From the NCBI RefSeq assembly GCF_018977255.1, contig NW_024704742.1:14882001-14946000 (forward strand): a DNA stretch of 64,000 nucleotides, read 5' to 3'. Shown here one piece after another: positions 41,462-52,536 of this stretch. The notes beneath the pieces were generated by a model. It did no database searches. It had not been told where the DNA came from and saw nothing but the letters and a program-made list of their open reading frames with translations. Made by a program: the position numbers and the translations under genes. Within the stretch, counting starts at the first letter, position 1; every line of letters begins with the position of its first letter. The stretch comes from Callorhinchus milii (lineage: Eukaryota).

Positions 41462-44400
41462 CTGAAACCAAAACATATTAAAATTAAGCACAAACAGTTT
41501 TGCAGTGCTTTTAAACATGTTGCAAATTCTTCTTGATAAATAATAATAATAATAATACAACGTGGACCAATATTGAAAATAATTTAGAAAATAAATATTG
41601 GCAGCAACTCCATACCACATTTTTGTTAAGAGTAGGATCTCTCAGTATTGTGGTGCAGGACTCATTTCTACCATTGACATAATATTTCATAGCAGCTCAA
41701 GTAATAAAACAACTCACTAAATAATTACCTTTGACTTTACACAGCTGAATTCAAATTACCCCATGACATAGAGAAGCTTGAACCCTAACCTATCAGTTTA
41801 TTGCAATGTTAACTTGCACAATATCTCTTGCAAATGGCAATAATACTAGTGTATACTAGACAGTTTACTTTCCAAGAACTCTGAACACTTGCGTCTCATT
41901 AGAAGGAATCTTTTTTGTATGCAAGCATACTATTCACTTTATGAATGGTTGTGGTGGAGTAATATATTTACTCTTGAACTAGTGCACTTAATCAAATAAG
42001 TGTTTTTTCCAGATTAGTCTGGTTTGGCCATCACTCTTCAAATAAATGAACCTTCTCCAGAATCCGTATGGCTCCTGCTGCCAGTGACATCATCGGAGTG
42101 TTTGATAATTGTAGATGATAGCATATCGCGATGCTTCAAATGAGAATGTATTTCCTGCTAGTATTAAAGATGAACCCTTTGTGTGTGTTGAGGATTTGGC
42201 AGAGGTACTACTCCTAGACATTTATTCTCATTTCAGTTGGCCTTCTGTGAAACTAAGCTATGCTGAGATGGATGGCTTCACATTCATTTTCTGCTTTATG
42301 CTGAGATAGATGGGGCAGCAATAAGAACTAGAATCACCACCCCTGGTCCAGGGAAAGAGCAGAGTTGGCCAGGGTTTCACACTGGAATGTACATACATAA
42401 ATCAAATAACACCAGGCTCAGCTATTGATGCCTTCTGTAGTCAAATGACTATATGAATAGTAACCATTTGGGTGAATGTTCAAACTAATACAATTTCTCA
42501 TAAAATATCCTAATCATTATTTAGTTGTCTGGTAAAAGACCAAGTAGTGGTTTCACATTTCTCCACAAAAGGTGAGTATATAGAATAAATAAGCCATTAT
42601 TCTCTCATCAACTTGTTTTACAGCAGCACTGAAATTGGCTCTGCAGCAGTATAGCTACCTGCTTTCTCTCCCTATGTACTATCACCAGGAGCAATAATAG
42701 GAAGAGGAAAGTTTGCTGTAATGGAAAGGTTTTAATTGTACAGAACTGTAAAGAAAAGGATCAACTTACACGCAGTTTCCAACAAAGGCAAGAAAGTCAC
42801 AGTGGCAGTAATCTGTCTAATAACAGATCGAATTTCACTTTGAATCGCTTTCTCAGTTTTCTCCCTTGGTTGGCTGTCAAGAGACAATCAGACTTTGATT
42901 CAATCACAAGTAAAGGAATGTGCTGGCCAAATATGAACCATTAGCCTCAATATTTATTGGTTTGCAAATGAACATTAAAGGCTTAGAATACCAAGTGTTC
43001 CAAATATTAAAAACTGAATATTTTGATCAACAGACACAAACTCACAACTTTATAACTCTTTCTTTAATCTCGGCTGCCAGCAGTTCTAACTTGTTGCAGG
43101 TTCCCTGGACTGACCATTTTCTTAAACGATAATTAAACTGAGGGAGAAATTCTATTCTAGGTTACCAGTGCAACAAAGTTGGAACAGTTGTCACCTCTCA
43201 GCTTTTCTCCTTCCCCTCCCATCATTCGGAGCAGACACAAGCAGCACGCGGGTAGTGACCGGTGTGAGGGACGGAGGCTTGGTTGACGACAGGGGTGAGA
43301 AGAGAAACCGGGGGAGAGCGGCTGGGAGCGGATTCGAGGCCGATGGACGGGAGGTAACCAGGAGCGATGGTGGCGGGGAAAACCGAGCTGTTCCAACAGC
43401 TCTTAACAGTTGCCTTTAACACAGTTCTCCACTCTATCCTTCTTCGTCTGCTCTCCTCCCTGCTCCTTTCCTGATTTCACTCTTACCTATCCCAATATTT
43501 TCTCTTTGTCTTTTCAAACGGTTTTTCCTTCCACCCTCGCAGTCACTTGCAAAAGGGTCTATACTCAGTCTTCTCCTTTTCACTCACCCATGGGTGAAGT
43601 GACATCAGACATAGGGGTCGATTTCCACAACTTCACGGATGACACCCAACTACCTCTCCCCTTCTGCCCTTTATTTTAGGACCACTAACATTCTAATATC
43701 ATCCTTGTCGCCCCCCCCCCCACCCCCACAGATCAAATTCAAGATCCCCAATCCTCAAATCCCTCCATGGCCTTGCCTCACCCCACCAGCCATTCTTCCT
43801 CTTCTCCATGGAACTTCAAGCCAAAGTTCCTCCGTCGCACATTTTCCTTCTCCACCTTAATAGCCTGACATAAGATCTCCTTTTCAACTGCACTTTCGGT
43901 CATTCTCCCCTCCCATCCCCACAGCTCCCCCAGCCGGAGCTTGGGGTCCCAACGAGCTGTGTAAAACATCCTCCCAAAGTGAAAGGTGCTATATAAACCT
44001 AAATTATTTTTGTTGAATGCTAAAAACAATGTTGGTTCTTAAAATAAAGACTTTATGGGAGGGGAAGGGACTATCATGCAGAAATTCTCGCACCAACCCC
44101 TGGAATGCAGAATCATTATTTGACACAACCAGTTGGAAAGATGTTTGCAAAGTTTGACAATGGCCTGTTTGTAGAGCTTTAATAATTAATTATACATTTT
44201 CACTAAGTAAAACAAGCTGATATTAAAATAGAAGGTCTTTAATAGCATGACATAGATACCTTATCCTCAAATGGATGAATTACAACATGATATGCTTGTG
44301 TTATCATACTTGACTGACTGCATTTTATTTTAATACAGGTTTGCATTAGCACTGGTTAAGAAATCAATTTAAGTCTTCCCATATTCCTCAGCATTTTGGT

Positions 44401-47400
44401 TTTAATGATAAAAAATGAAAAGTGTAAGTACATAGATGAATCAAAGGGCAGGACTCCACCATAAAATCTTAGTCACTGAATAGATTCCACTGATTTACTA
44501 CAAATATCTATGAAATGAAATGTTCTGCAGGTTTGTATCAAACCCTAATTTTTATGACAGCCTGACTTCTAGATCAGAAAGTACAGTCCAAGCCGGTTTC
44601 TGCCTGTAAATACCTCTGTAGCATTATCAATTCAATGTCACCATCAGCAGGAATCAATTGGTACTGCAACCCAAACACTCAGAGCCTTTCTTGTTTCTCC
44701 CAGATTATTTGATAATTCCACTAATACAAAATTTGTGAATATAATGGGGATTTAGAAATTCGCAATCAACAACAAATTGGTTTCTGCATATATAAGACAC
44801 AAAAAAAGGACAAGGAAGCAGAGAGATGGTATGTGATTTGTGACTTTGATCAGGCTCCTCACTCTTCCCAAATAAAATAAACCACGTCATCTTTTTCTTC
44901 CTGGCCACCTTTCTCTCTCTAGACGAGCTTTATGAGGAATCAGCCTCTCTATAGTTTGGATTGATTAACAAGGAGATTGTTTTTCATTCCTACTCACCTG
45001 TCATCAGTCATGGTTTTGTCGCACTCAATATCAAATTGCCATCTTTCCAGAACCTCATTGGCTTCGATACTGTTAATTACCACCACAAGCCTTTGCACAG
45101 AGTGGTTGGATAACCAATCTGAAATAAACAATATAATTAGCACCAAGCATTGATTAAAACCCCCATGTACAGAGAAACAAGATGCCATCCGGGTTATTGA
45201 GTCAGTTCTTTTCATAAAGTCAACACTACTGCAAAAATGTAACTAGTTTGGCTTATTAAATAAGAAGTCTATTAAGAAAGATTTAAATCATTTCTATTTG
45301 GTGGGCTTCACTAATGCTTTCTGCTGCCGAATCATTAGCAGTTGTTGTGCCACTGCCTTATACGATGTGGCATTGGGGTCACGAAAGTACAGAGTGCAAG
45401 TACTGCTAACCATTTTATAGCAAGCAGTGGGTCCCATCACTTTCTCTGTGAACAGCTGGTAAACAGCTGCAAATCACCTGGAAGAAACTTTAGAAATAAA
45501 CAGATCGGCCTGCCTTTGGGGAAGAAGAATCCAGATGCAATTATTCGTTAGCTGTTCATTGATGTCTGATTTTCTACTGCCTGTTTTTAAGTTGTACAAT
45601 TGTTTTCTTTGCAGTGGTTACTCTTAGGGATTCTTCTCCACACTTGAAATTTTGTATGAGGCCTCGGTTGTTCACAAGAAATTGTTTCCAGCTGACATCC
45701 CCTCGAATTTGATCACAATCAAGGACTTCAATTCTTCCACGGCACAGCCTCACTTGTCAACGGGGGTGGGATTTTGTAGGCCCAAGCGTCTTGTAAACTC
45801 AGAACAATTCTTTCAAATACACCGAGGCAATAGGACGAGAGCAAAGTTCAGGTTTGTGCATAGCAATTTTAGAAATGTACACTACAACAAATGGAGTTTC
45901 AGGCTAGCTGGGACTGAGGAGAGATAATCTGTGTCCTATAGCTCAAGAATCTAGACTAGTTATAAAGCCAAGCGCTTGATACTAGGGAGTAACAAAGAAC
46001 CTCAAGTATTAAGTATTTTGATGCAAAACTGTAAAATAATTCTTCTGAAAAGTCAATGCTTTGTTAGTGACAGCAGAAATTTTCAATGAAAATCACACTG
46101 AATTAAGCTTACGATTTTTCTATTGGCAGCAACACTACTTTCAACAAATGAAGTAAATTAGATGGTTTGTCTCCCAAGTACGTAAGCATTGGTTTCTGCA
46201 GTGGCCACATGTACACTGAACCTGGCGGTTATACAGGGATGTCATGAGCAACATCTGCAAGTCACCATACTTTGCATGACATAAACAGCTACCTACAAAC
46301 ATAATTTCTGTGCTAGAAATTACATAAAATCAGGATTGTAAAATGAAGGTATCAGATATCAGGAAGCCACAGAACTGCATTGCTGTACTTCGGATGAAAC
46401 ATTACAACAACAACTTGCACTTATATAGCGTCCTCCACACAAGGTAGCGTCTCAGAGCACTTAACAGTGGTGGAGCTTGACTCCGAACCTGAGGGAGGTG
46501 GCTGTAAGCATGGTCGAATAGGACATTTTTCAGGCGAGACTTGAAAGAGGGGACAAAGCAGAGAATGGAGAATGGACTGATGGAGAATGTTCCAGAGTTT
46601 TGGGGTGACATTAAACCGAGACCCCAATCAGGTTGATGTTGAAGATCCCATGACATCATTCAAAAAGAAAAGGGAGTTTTCCCGGTGTCCTGGCTAACAA
46701 TTCCCTCAACATAAACAATGTTCACTCAATTTATGGGTGTATGTGGGATATTGCTGCGTGCAATTTGGCTGTCCCCTTCACCCACAAACGATATGAAAGG
46801 GATTATATCACATGTAAAGATTATTAACTGAAGTAGTCTAACAACCAAGCAACATTCTCAGCTTCCACTACTTTATTTTCTTTGGTCTTTGTTCAATTCA
46901 GGTTCTAACACAATTGTCGCCACACAAGTTGCATCATACAGAACGTGAGTGACACAACATGATTATATATATATATTAACTCCTTGACTGTTAAGACCTC
47001 ACATATCTGGAATTCAGAATTAACTAGACTGGACCCGAAACCCACCCGTGATTTTGTGCTTTAAAAAATCCCCCCTGCATTTTCAAACTCCCCCGGTCAG
47101 CCATATGATGCTCATAGATTACTATTGATCGATTTAGCCACATCGCATTGGTTGTGAATACAGAACTATTGTTATTCTTTGTCTATTTTATTGATTTAAA
47201 ATGCATTTTTATTCATTTTAAATGTGAGGGAGGATTTATCATTACTTATATTAAATGTCAGAATAAGATTAGCATTTAGCCCGAAAATCTGGCTTCCCGG
47301 ACCGGATCTTCTTCCTCCCACGGGGGGGAGGGGGAGGGTTAGTGTATGAGAGGTCAACAGAAGATGAATGTTCCTTTCTCAATGATAATGCAAAAATTCT

Positions 47401-50400
47401 AATTGGTTGGTAAACACTACCTTTCAACTGTTCGACTACATTTTTCAGATAGTTGCTGAGAACTGGATCTGTAGTGACGAGTATTGTAAGTCCATATTTC
47501 TGTAAATGTTTGAAGGATTCTGCTGGGTAGATTCCACGTTGGTATAAGATGCTGTTGATTCCATAACCTGAAAAATTGAAAGTTGAACAAATTTTGAAAG
47601 ATTGTTCCATGAAATAATTAACTGTACCTCCAAAGTCTGTCATTCCCAGAACTGGGGTGCCTCAATTTGATGGGTATAATTCCACCCCCTCTGTAAACAG
47701 GACTTTTACTTTGTCAAATTGTAGTCTAGTTCCTGAGCCAATTGGGTTCTCTGTACTCCAGAGTACTGCTGACGACAGACCAAACAGCCTGGCTCATCCA
47801 AAACAATAATAAATTGGTCATTTTCAATCCACGACTGTTTGTGGGACACTGCTGTGCACAATTGGCTGCCACGTTTCGCCCACAAATATAGTCAATTCAC
47901 TTTACAGCATATTCTGCAAAGGGTTTTGAGACGTCGAGAAGATGTGAGAAGCGGTATATCAAATGCAAGGATTATTATTATCGGCTAGACTTGGATGGGC
48001 ACACCAATGACTGGGAGCAGGAACAGTTCCCATGCAGTTCTTGCTAACCGTGCAAGCCGAAGCCCGAACAGCTATGATGGTCCTCGCTGGATCAGCAGCG
48101 GGAAGGTTGTCAGGCAGTGCCCTTGAAAGCAAGCAATGCAATTTTAGCTGGTTAAACTCATGCTCTCTACAAATAACTGACAAATTTTAAGCAAACACAA
48201 GCAATTGCCCTTCCCCTTCCACCTAATAGATCCATAAACCCAAACGCAATTTTGCATTTATAGCTCCACTGTATATCCCTGTACTCTCACCCACATCCTC
48301 TCTCACACTTGTGCCCGTACGCACGCCCACCCGCTCACAGACACTCCCCCCTCTCACTCTCTCCCCCATCACACTCTTCCCACCCTCTACTCCCCCTCAC
48401 TCACACACTCTACCCCTCACTCACAATCAACCCGCCACTCACACACCTTCTACCTCACTCGCACACTCCATTCCCCATCGCGCACCCCGCATTCCCTCCT
48501 CACGTAAGAATCCCTCAACCCCACCTCGCCGCAGCCCCCAGCTCCCTTGTGTCCACAGCACCCACACGCACCCACCTACCCTCTCCTGCCGCCCCTCTCG
48601 CACGCGCTCCCTACCCCTCGCGCGCACACATACTCAACCCCCCACCCCCAACCTGCATGCCCCAACCCCCCGCACAACCAATCTCCGCGCGCACCCACCC
48701 ACTCCCCGCCCCCACACCCTACTCCACTACCCCCCACGCATGCACCCCCTAACCTCCCCTCACCCGCACACCCTACCCCACTCCCTCACTCACACACACT
48801 TGACCCCACCCCCTCTCACGCACGCCCGTCCCCACACGGACTCCCCCACAAGCACGCAGCTTGTGAAGGGAAGAGTTGGGAAGGCCGATGAGGAGGAAGT
48901 TTCTATAATCGAGCCTTGATGTGACGAATGCGTGGGTGAGGGTTTTGGTAGCCTGAGGGGTGAGGCAGTGGCGGGGTCTGGCAATGTTGCGAAGCTGGTG
49001 GTAGGCAGTGCCGGTCATGGCGCGGATGTGGGGAAGAAAGGAAAGTTCCGGGTCAAACAAGACACCCAGGTTCCTGACTGACTTAGTGAGGTTGAGTGAG
49101 CAGAGGTGGAGGCTGATGCTGCCAGCGCCCGAGGTGCCAATCAGGAGGGCCTCAGTCTTGCTGACGTTGAGTTGGAGAAAATTGGCCCTCGTCCAGGACT
49201 TGATGTCGGACAGGCAGTCGGTCAGGACGCAAGTAGTCCTGGAGTTCAGGGTGGAGGCAGAGAGATAGAGTTGGGTGTCATCCGCATACATGTGGAAATT
49301 TACCCCATGTCTGCGGATGATGTCACCAAGGGGGAGCATGTAGAGAGTGAAGAGGAAGGGACCGAGAACAGAGCCCTGAGGAACACCGCACGAGACAGTG
49401 CGGGGACTGGAGAAGCCGTTTGCAGAGACAAAGTGGAGGCGGTGTGAAAGGTAGGACCTGAATCAGTCAAGGACAGAACGTTGAAGGCTGAGGTAGGAGA
49501 GGCGGTGGAGGATTGAGTGGTCCACAGTATCAAAGGCGGCGAAGAAGTCGAGGAGGACGAGGAGGCAGAAGGAGCTCTGGTCACACATGGTCAGGATGCT
49601 ATTTGTGACCTTGACCAGAGCAGTTTCTGTGCCGTGGGCTGGACGGAAACCCGATTGGAGGGGCTCACGGAGGGAGTGGGAGGAGAGAAAAGAGCGAAGC
49701 TGGGAGACTACGGCTCTCAAGGACCTTAGACAGAAAAAGGAGGTGGGAGATGGGCCGGTAGCTGGATAACTGTGATGGGTCAAGGGAAGGTTTCTTCAAG
49801 GTGGGGGTGATAGTGGCTGGTTCAAGGGGGGTAGAACAGCGCCAGATGACAGGGCGAGGTTGATGATGTCGGTGAACAGTGGAACAAGGAGGTGAAGCTG
49901 GGATTTAAGGAGAGGGGTGGGGATGGGGTCCAGGATGCAGGTGGTGAGCTTCATGGAGGATATGGTGGTGATGACAGAGGAGGGCCTGAAGATTCAAAGG
50001 TGTGGAAGGAAGGTTAGAGTGTGTGGGCAGGGAGGGGGTGGAAGTTGGGGGGCAGTGGCAGCTGAACAGATTCCCTTGATTTTGGACTTGAGGAATTCCA
50101 GCATTTCCTCGCAGTGGGAGTCGGAGGAAAGAATCTGCGAGGCGTGGCAGGGAGGGAGGAGAAGCCAGGTGGGGGTGGAGAACAGGAGCCTGGAGTTGCC
50201 CTTCGCCTCCAGGATTAACCTGGAGTAGAAGGACGATTTGGCCGAGGCGAGAGCGGAGTGGTAGGTTTTGATGTGGTCCGGCCAGATGTGCCGGTGGACC
50301 ATGAGGCCGGATTTGAGCCAAGTGCGTTTGGCAGCCCACACCTCTCCCCCCTTCTCTCTCACACACCCACACACCACCCCACACTCTCCCTCTCTCTCAC

Positions 50401-51347
50401 ACCCACCCACACACTCTCCCCCTCACACCCCCCCACACCTTTCCCCCCTTCTCTCTCACACACACCACCCCACACTCTCCCTCTCTCTCACCCACCCACC
50501 CATACAATCTCCCCCCCTCTCTCTTACACACACCCACACTCTCCCCCTCACACCCCCCCCCACACTCTCCCCCTCTCTCTCACACACCCCCACACATTCT
50601 CCCCCCCTCTCTCACACCACACAATCTCCCCCCTCTCTCTTACACACACCCCACCCCCACACTCTCCCCCTCCCTCTTACACCCCCCCACACATTCTCCC
50701 CCCTTCTCTCACCCCACATATTCTCCCCCCCTCTCTCACACCCACCCACCCACACAATCTCCCCCCCTCTCTCTTACACACACCCCCCACCCTCTCCCCC
50801 TCTCTCTCACACCCCCCCCACACTCTCCCCCTTTCTCTCAACCCCCACCCACTCTCTCTCTCCCCCTCTCACCCCCCCCACACGCTCCCTCTCTCTCACC
50901 CCCCACCCACACGCTCCCTCTCTCAACCCCCCCACACTCTCTCTCACCCCCCACCCACTCCCTCTCTCGCTCACACCCCCCCTACACTCTCTCAACCCCC
51001 CCACACTCTCCCTCTCTCAACCCCCCCACACTCTCCTTCCCTCTCTCACCCCCCCCCACTCTGACCCCCCCCACTCTGACCCCCCCCACTCTGCCCCCCC
51101 CCCACTCTGACCCCCCCCCCACTCTGACTCCCTCCCACTCTCCCTCTCACTCCCCCCACTCTCCTTCACTCCCCCTCCCTCTCTCAACCCCCACTCTCCC
51201 TCCCTCTCTCCCCCTCTCCCCTCCACACTCCCCCTCTCACCCCGCGCCACACACACACACACACAGACACTCACTGAAGAACTCAGACACAATGGCCGCG
51301 CTGCCCCTCAGGGTGATGCCCTCTCGCGCCGCTTGTTTACCCGCCAT
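41280..51347 (-). CDS. MAD2L1: Mitotic spindle assembly checkpoint protein MAD2A, complete gene span (5 coding exons, 208 aa)
   Basis: Exons 51275-51347, 47421-47567, 44998-45118, 42770-42873 and 41280-41461 (73+147+121+104+182 = 627 nt), GT-AG and phase-consistent. Protein [39 protein letters not shown]...[10 protein letters not shown]...[12 protein letters not shown]...WEESGPQFI...[10 protein letters not shown] is the MAD2 HORMA domain. Confidence 0.96.
41828..41958 (-). pseudogene. Degenerate partial duplicate of MAD2L1 exon 5 (C-terminal codons plus start of 3' UTR) inside intron 4
   Basis: Aligns by eye to about 41209-41350. 41958-41899 reads [19 protein letters not shown] versus [23 protein letters not shown] in the real exon. 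Confidence 0.85.
42770..42873 (-). CDS. MAD2L1: MAD2L1 coding exon 4
   Basis: gacag|C CAA...GCG T|gtaagt; [34 protein letters not shown]. Confidence 0.94.
44998..45118 (-). CDS. MAD2L1: MAD2L1 coding exon 3
   Basis: ttcag|AT TGG...AG|gtgagt; [39 protein letters not shown]. Confidence 0.94.
47421..47567 (-). CDS. MAD2L1: MAD2L1 coding exon 2
   Basis: ttcag|GT TAT...AAA G|gtagtg; [48 protein letters not shown]. Confidence 0.94.
47797..47981 (+). mobile_element. 5'-truncated SINE in MAD2L1 intron 1
   Basis: Deu core and ATT tail. Confidence 0.8.
48280..48855. repeat. C-rich low-complexity tract in MAD2L1 intron 1
   Basis: CAC/CCC/CTC-rich on +, flanking the L2 fragment. Confidence 0.8.
48855..50340 (-). 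mobile_element. Degenerate internal L2 LINE ORF2 fragment (RT domain) in MAD2L1 intron 1
   Basis: [47 protein letters not shown] and SRLDY motifs across frameshifted ORFs. Confidence 0.92.
50340..51270. repeat. C-rich (CT/CA) low-complexity tract at the start of MAD2L1 intron 1
   Basis: Degenerate units such as CTCTCTCACACCCCCCCACACT; nearly G-free on +. Confidence 0.9.
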
Positions 51348-51520
51348 CTCAACGTTCAAACTGCTCGCCACTGCGCACGCGCCCCGGCTGCCGCGCAGCC
51401 GCATTAGCGCAAGCAGGACTGGGCATGCGCGCCAGCTGGGCCTCCGAGCCGCCGCGGTGTGCTGGAGCGCTGGTCCCGGGGCGGCGCGGGGCCGCTCGGG
51501 GGGTCACTCACTCCGGTGCT
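51240..51520 (-). promoter_or_regulatory. MAD2L1: CpG-island promoter of MAD2L1 with CDE/CHR-like and NRF1-like motifs
   Basis: Strongly CpG-dense non-repeat tract. On -, TGGCGA-gcag-TTTGAA at 51370-51355; TGCGCACGCGC at 51372-51382; GGGCATGCGCG at 51421-51431. Confidence 0.7.
51275..51347 (-). CDS. MAD2L1: MAD2L1 coding exon 1
   Basis: ATG at 51347-51345; [24 protein letters not shown](S); donor A|gtgagt. Confidence 0.93.
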
Positions 51521-51599
51521 TTGCAGATGTCAGTGCACTTCACACACACGGAGAGCGATGGAAAACATATGGCGCTGCTTCAGTCTGTTCATATACTGA

Positions 51600-52035
51600 C
51601 TGCCAACAGCACAAGGCTGCGGCCCACACCACACCCCCGCCTCGCCTCGCCTCGCCCGCACCCCCATTGCCGGGGGGGGGGCTTCCTCCACTCTGCCCCC
51701 ACCCTCTGGAACTCCATCCCGCAGTCCCTCCTCCCTCACCCCCTCCCTCCCTCCCTCGCCCCCTCCCTCCCTCGCCTCCTCCCTCCCTCCCTCCCTCGCC
51801 TCCTCCCTCGCCCCCTCCCTCCCTCGCTCGCCTCCTCCCTCCCTCGCCCCCTCCCTCGCCCCCTGCTTCGCCACCTTCAAGACGCACCTCAAAACCGTGC
51901 TTTCGATCTCCCCCCCTCCCCCTCCCCCCATCCCGACGCTCAGCTCCGGTCCGTAACTCTGTCTCTGTCTGTCCAGCGCCTTGGGTCGTCCTCCCCATGT
52001 GAATGGCGCTTTACACATGTCATTTTGTTGTTTTG
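51600..52035 (+). mobile_element. Decayed L2 3' fragment with (CCCT)n expansion upstream of MAD2L1
   Basis: CTCTGGAACTCCATCCC and CTGTCCAGCGCCTTGGG..GGCGCT tail with GTT repeats. Confidence 0.75.
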
Positions 52036-52210
52036 TTATTAGGTTTGGAGTATCTTTTAGTGCGGCAAACCTGTGATGTTTGCAACACATGATATCAGGA
52101 CAAATGATGTCAGCACAACGTGTTTTGAACAAATGCAGACAAGACAGGTCTTTTTCCAGAATTGTTTTTTTTCTCTCCCAAGTTTGTGCTGCAGGAACAT
52201 CTCATCTAAT

Positions 52211-52536
52211 GGAGTCCTGTAGCTCAGTGGTTAGAGCACTCGCTTTGCAAGTGAGAGACCTGAGTTCAATTCCAGGCAGGGAGAAACCTTGGGCAAGTTT
52301 CCTTACTCCACACAGAGCCTAATAATAATCCCTCCAAAACTAAAAACAATAATTAAATTGGTCATTTTCAATCTACGACTGTTTGTGGGACATTGCTGTG
52401 CGCAATTGGCTGCCGCGTTCGCCCACAAATATACAGTCAATTCACTTTACAGTGTGTTCTGTGAAGCGCTTTGGGACGTCCTCCCGACGTGAAAAGCGCT
52501 ATATCAAATGCAAGGATTATTATTATTATTATTATT
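52211..52536 (+). mobile_element. Same SINE, full length
   Basis: Near-identical to 9678-9996 and 57674-57991. Confidence 0.9.

Noticed and set aside
45300..45930. Moderately GC-rich unique-looking stretch in MAD2L1 intron 2 with short open frames
   Set aside because: The frames I translated gave no recognisable protein or exon structure.
48855..52035. Two L2 pieces in opposite orientation that look like consecutive parts of one element split by an inversion
   Set aside because: Undoing such an inversion would flip MAD2L1 exon 1 relative to exon 2 and break the gene. Independent insertions of an abundant family are simpler.
48309..52132. Long Pro/His/Thr/Ser- or Gly/Glu-rich ORFs (147-280 aa) around MAD2L1 intron 1 and promoter
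   Set aside because: They are translations of C-rich low-complexity tracts and L2 debris that lack stop codons by composition.
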